38,758 nt of DNA from Nemertoderma westbladi. Its lineage: Eukaryota; Animalia; Xenacoelomorpha. The stretch spans positions 1-38,758 of the forward strand of contig JAUCBJ010004671.1 of assembly GCA_032718475.1 (NCBI GenBank), read 5' to 3'. Positions 36,735-38,758 of the stretch are shown here, piece after piece. The number at the start of each line of letters is the position of its first letter. Position 1 is the first letter of the stretch. The notes under the pieces were generated by a model. The model was not told the origin of the DNA, ran no database searches, and was given only the letters and a program-made list of their open reading frames with translations. The position numbers were made by a program, and so were the translations under genes.

Positions 36735-38758
36735 TTATGTTAATGCAAAAGTCTGGCCTTTACAAAATGCCAGAAGTAACATGTTATCAAATTGTTCTTG
36801 ATTTTGGCAGTGAACAACTGGGAATGTGATAACTCTAGCGCATGCACCCACTATAGGAAAACAAATAGTATGGCTGGGGTTACGCTCAATGTATTTGTGG
36901 TCGAAATACAAAAATCTGTAACACAAAAATCATTGTTTCCAAGAGGCTTATGTTTTTGGCCAGTGAGCCAGCCTAGACAACCGGGAGGCGACAAATCGGC
37001 AGACTGACTATTATTGTCATTGTCATCACTTTCTAACACCTCAGTATATCCCGTGACTTTTTTATCTTCCAGTGTCATTAAAAAGTCTTGGAAAAAATCA
37101 ACAGTAATTTCTTCCTTAATTTTTTGACTTGAACTACTTGAATAATTCGGTTTTAAAATTGAAACAATATAATTAGCATCAACCGAATTGTTGCCTGTGG
37201 CAGTATTTAGGAACAGTTCTTCTCCAAGTTTTATGTCATCCTTCAAAAACTTGGCCAGACCATAGAGCTCAGCCCTTTGGAAAATTCGTTTAAGTATACT
37301 TTTCTTCTAGTCAGTATGCTTAGGGATACTGTTCCTCTGATCTGGATTAAGCATTCAGAATTTTAACTTATGACCCCAGTAAATACATTTTCTAAAATCG
37401 TGTCCTGAAAATCCTCGGGATTGGCAGTTATATGATCGAGAAGCTCCAGGTCTCCTTGACTTAAATAATCTGCATAGCTATGGGCTGAAACTTGAGAGCC
37501 TAACAAAAGTCTGTACGCTTGATAATCTAAAAGCTTTGGAGGTTTGGGCAATGCTAGTGGCTATGATCTCACCAGATGATAGAAAGTATTGATTCTGTAC
37601 ATACAACATTGAATCTATGGGGACACCACACGGAAACAAATTTTGAGCAATTTGGTTAACACTACTGGTTAAAAACTCTTTTACCATTGCTCCGGTGTCG
37701 ATTCCATCTTCACCTATCACCTTGACACGAATTTTTTGTTTATTGTGATTTTTAGCACATTCCCGTTGCCAAAGAGATAGTACTCCAAAAATAGAAGCAC
37801 CCCGTCTAACAGTTATAAAGAACTGGCCACTAGATTCAACGTCGAGTGAAATAGCATCTATAAGTTGCGAAACGCATTCAAATACGATAGGGGTATCATT
37901 ACAGCTAGTGTTACTAGTAACAAACTCAGGCTCATGATTAAATTTTATACTGGTACAATCACTTAATGAAGTCTTCACACATTAAAACATCTTGGCCAGG
38001 AACCGATATGCCTACTTCATTTTGGTCAGGTGGATTTAGAAACGCTTCAACATCAATATCCTCAAACTCGGAGGGTGACCGTGGCCTTTTTCTACTGATT
38101 CTACTATCCCCTTCTGAATCTAAATAAGACATTTTAAAATTAATATCAGTAATGTCACACAGATACATAACAATCCGTTTGTACTGTAAACCACTATCCT
38201 CCTTAAAATCCTGTAACTTAAATTTAGTTTCCGATCCGGGCATGCAATCTGCTTTAATGTCGGTTACAAATGTCAACACATACATATTCGACGGATGAAC
38301 TGAAGCACTCAGCAAAATATGCGCGCCACTTCTCTATTGCTTTATCTAATATTTCTTTATATCCATCATCTTTACTGAAACGGAGTGCACACGTTTTCAC
38401 CATATTGGCTATAGTTTACCACAGAACCAGTCTAACATACCAATATATATTTCAACTGTCTTAGTTTCAGTTTGTTCTACATTCTTTGATTTCCTACAAT
38501 TCCTCGAATCAGATGCTCCACCTGAAACCTTTCCACTGGTCTGCCTTATTTTTCCTGTACTCATCAAAGGAAGGAATAGTGATCCTCGCACCCGCAGATA
38601 TATCCCGATTGACTGATTGAAGAATTACCGGCTACGGAAAGTTTAGACTTAATGGGTGTGTGTTCCACATGGTCTGACTCTTTTGTAAGTCCTGTGGGTG
38701 TTTTTCTACCACAATTAGAACAGTAATTGCAATAATTGTATACTTCATCCCCACAATA
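36735..38758 (-). pseudogene. HECT E3 ubiquitin ligase (G2E3-like HECT domain) with N-terminal zinc ribbon, intronless, frameshifted
   Basis: CG..NYCSNCG at the window end; VKVIGEDGIDTGAMVKEFL, GEIIATSIAQ, LGWLTG, FPIVGACARVITFP (catalytic Cys), and a terminal GQTFALT with the conserved near-terminal Phe. Confidence 0.85.

Overview
AT-rich eukaryotic genomic DNA, most likely from an invertebrate animal; the species cannot be determined from the sequence. The only apparently intact host gene is the 3' part of a + strand gene with four homologous ~220-codon exons (4984-5640, 10034-10696, 14481-15137, 31505-32151). Each exon encodes one LamG/ConA-like (pentraxin-fold) domain, and all boundaries are phase 1. 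Exons 1 and 3 lie in a recent segmental duplication. The introns and flanks are packed with mostly decayed mobile elements: a Penelope-like element with a variant minimal hammerhead ribozyme, CR1-group and RTE LINEs, tRNA-derived SINEs, a tRNA-like head enclosed in 87-bp inverted repeats, a Bel/Pao-type LTR element, a related solo LTR, a THAP-DDE (ISL2EU/Harbinger-type) transposase, a Crypton-type tyrosine recombinase fused to a coding minisatellite, and an IS3EU-like integrase converging on an intronless HECT E3-ligase pseudogene. The most interesting observations are a DEDDy 3'-5' exonuclease remnant directly behind the Bel/Pao gag, the integrase plus HECT ligase pair, and the modular LamG exon array with variation concentrated in loops. 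All family assignments come from motif recognition by eye, not database searches.
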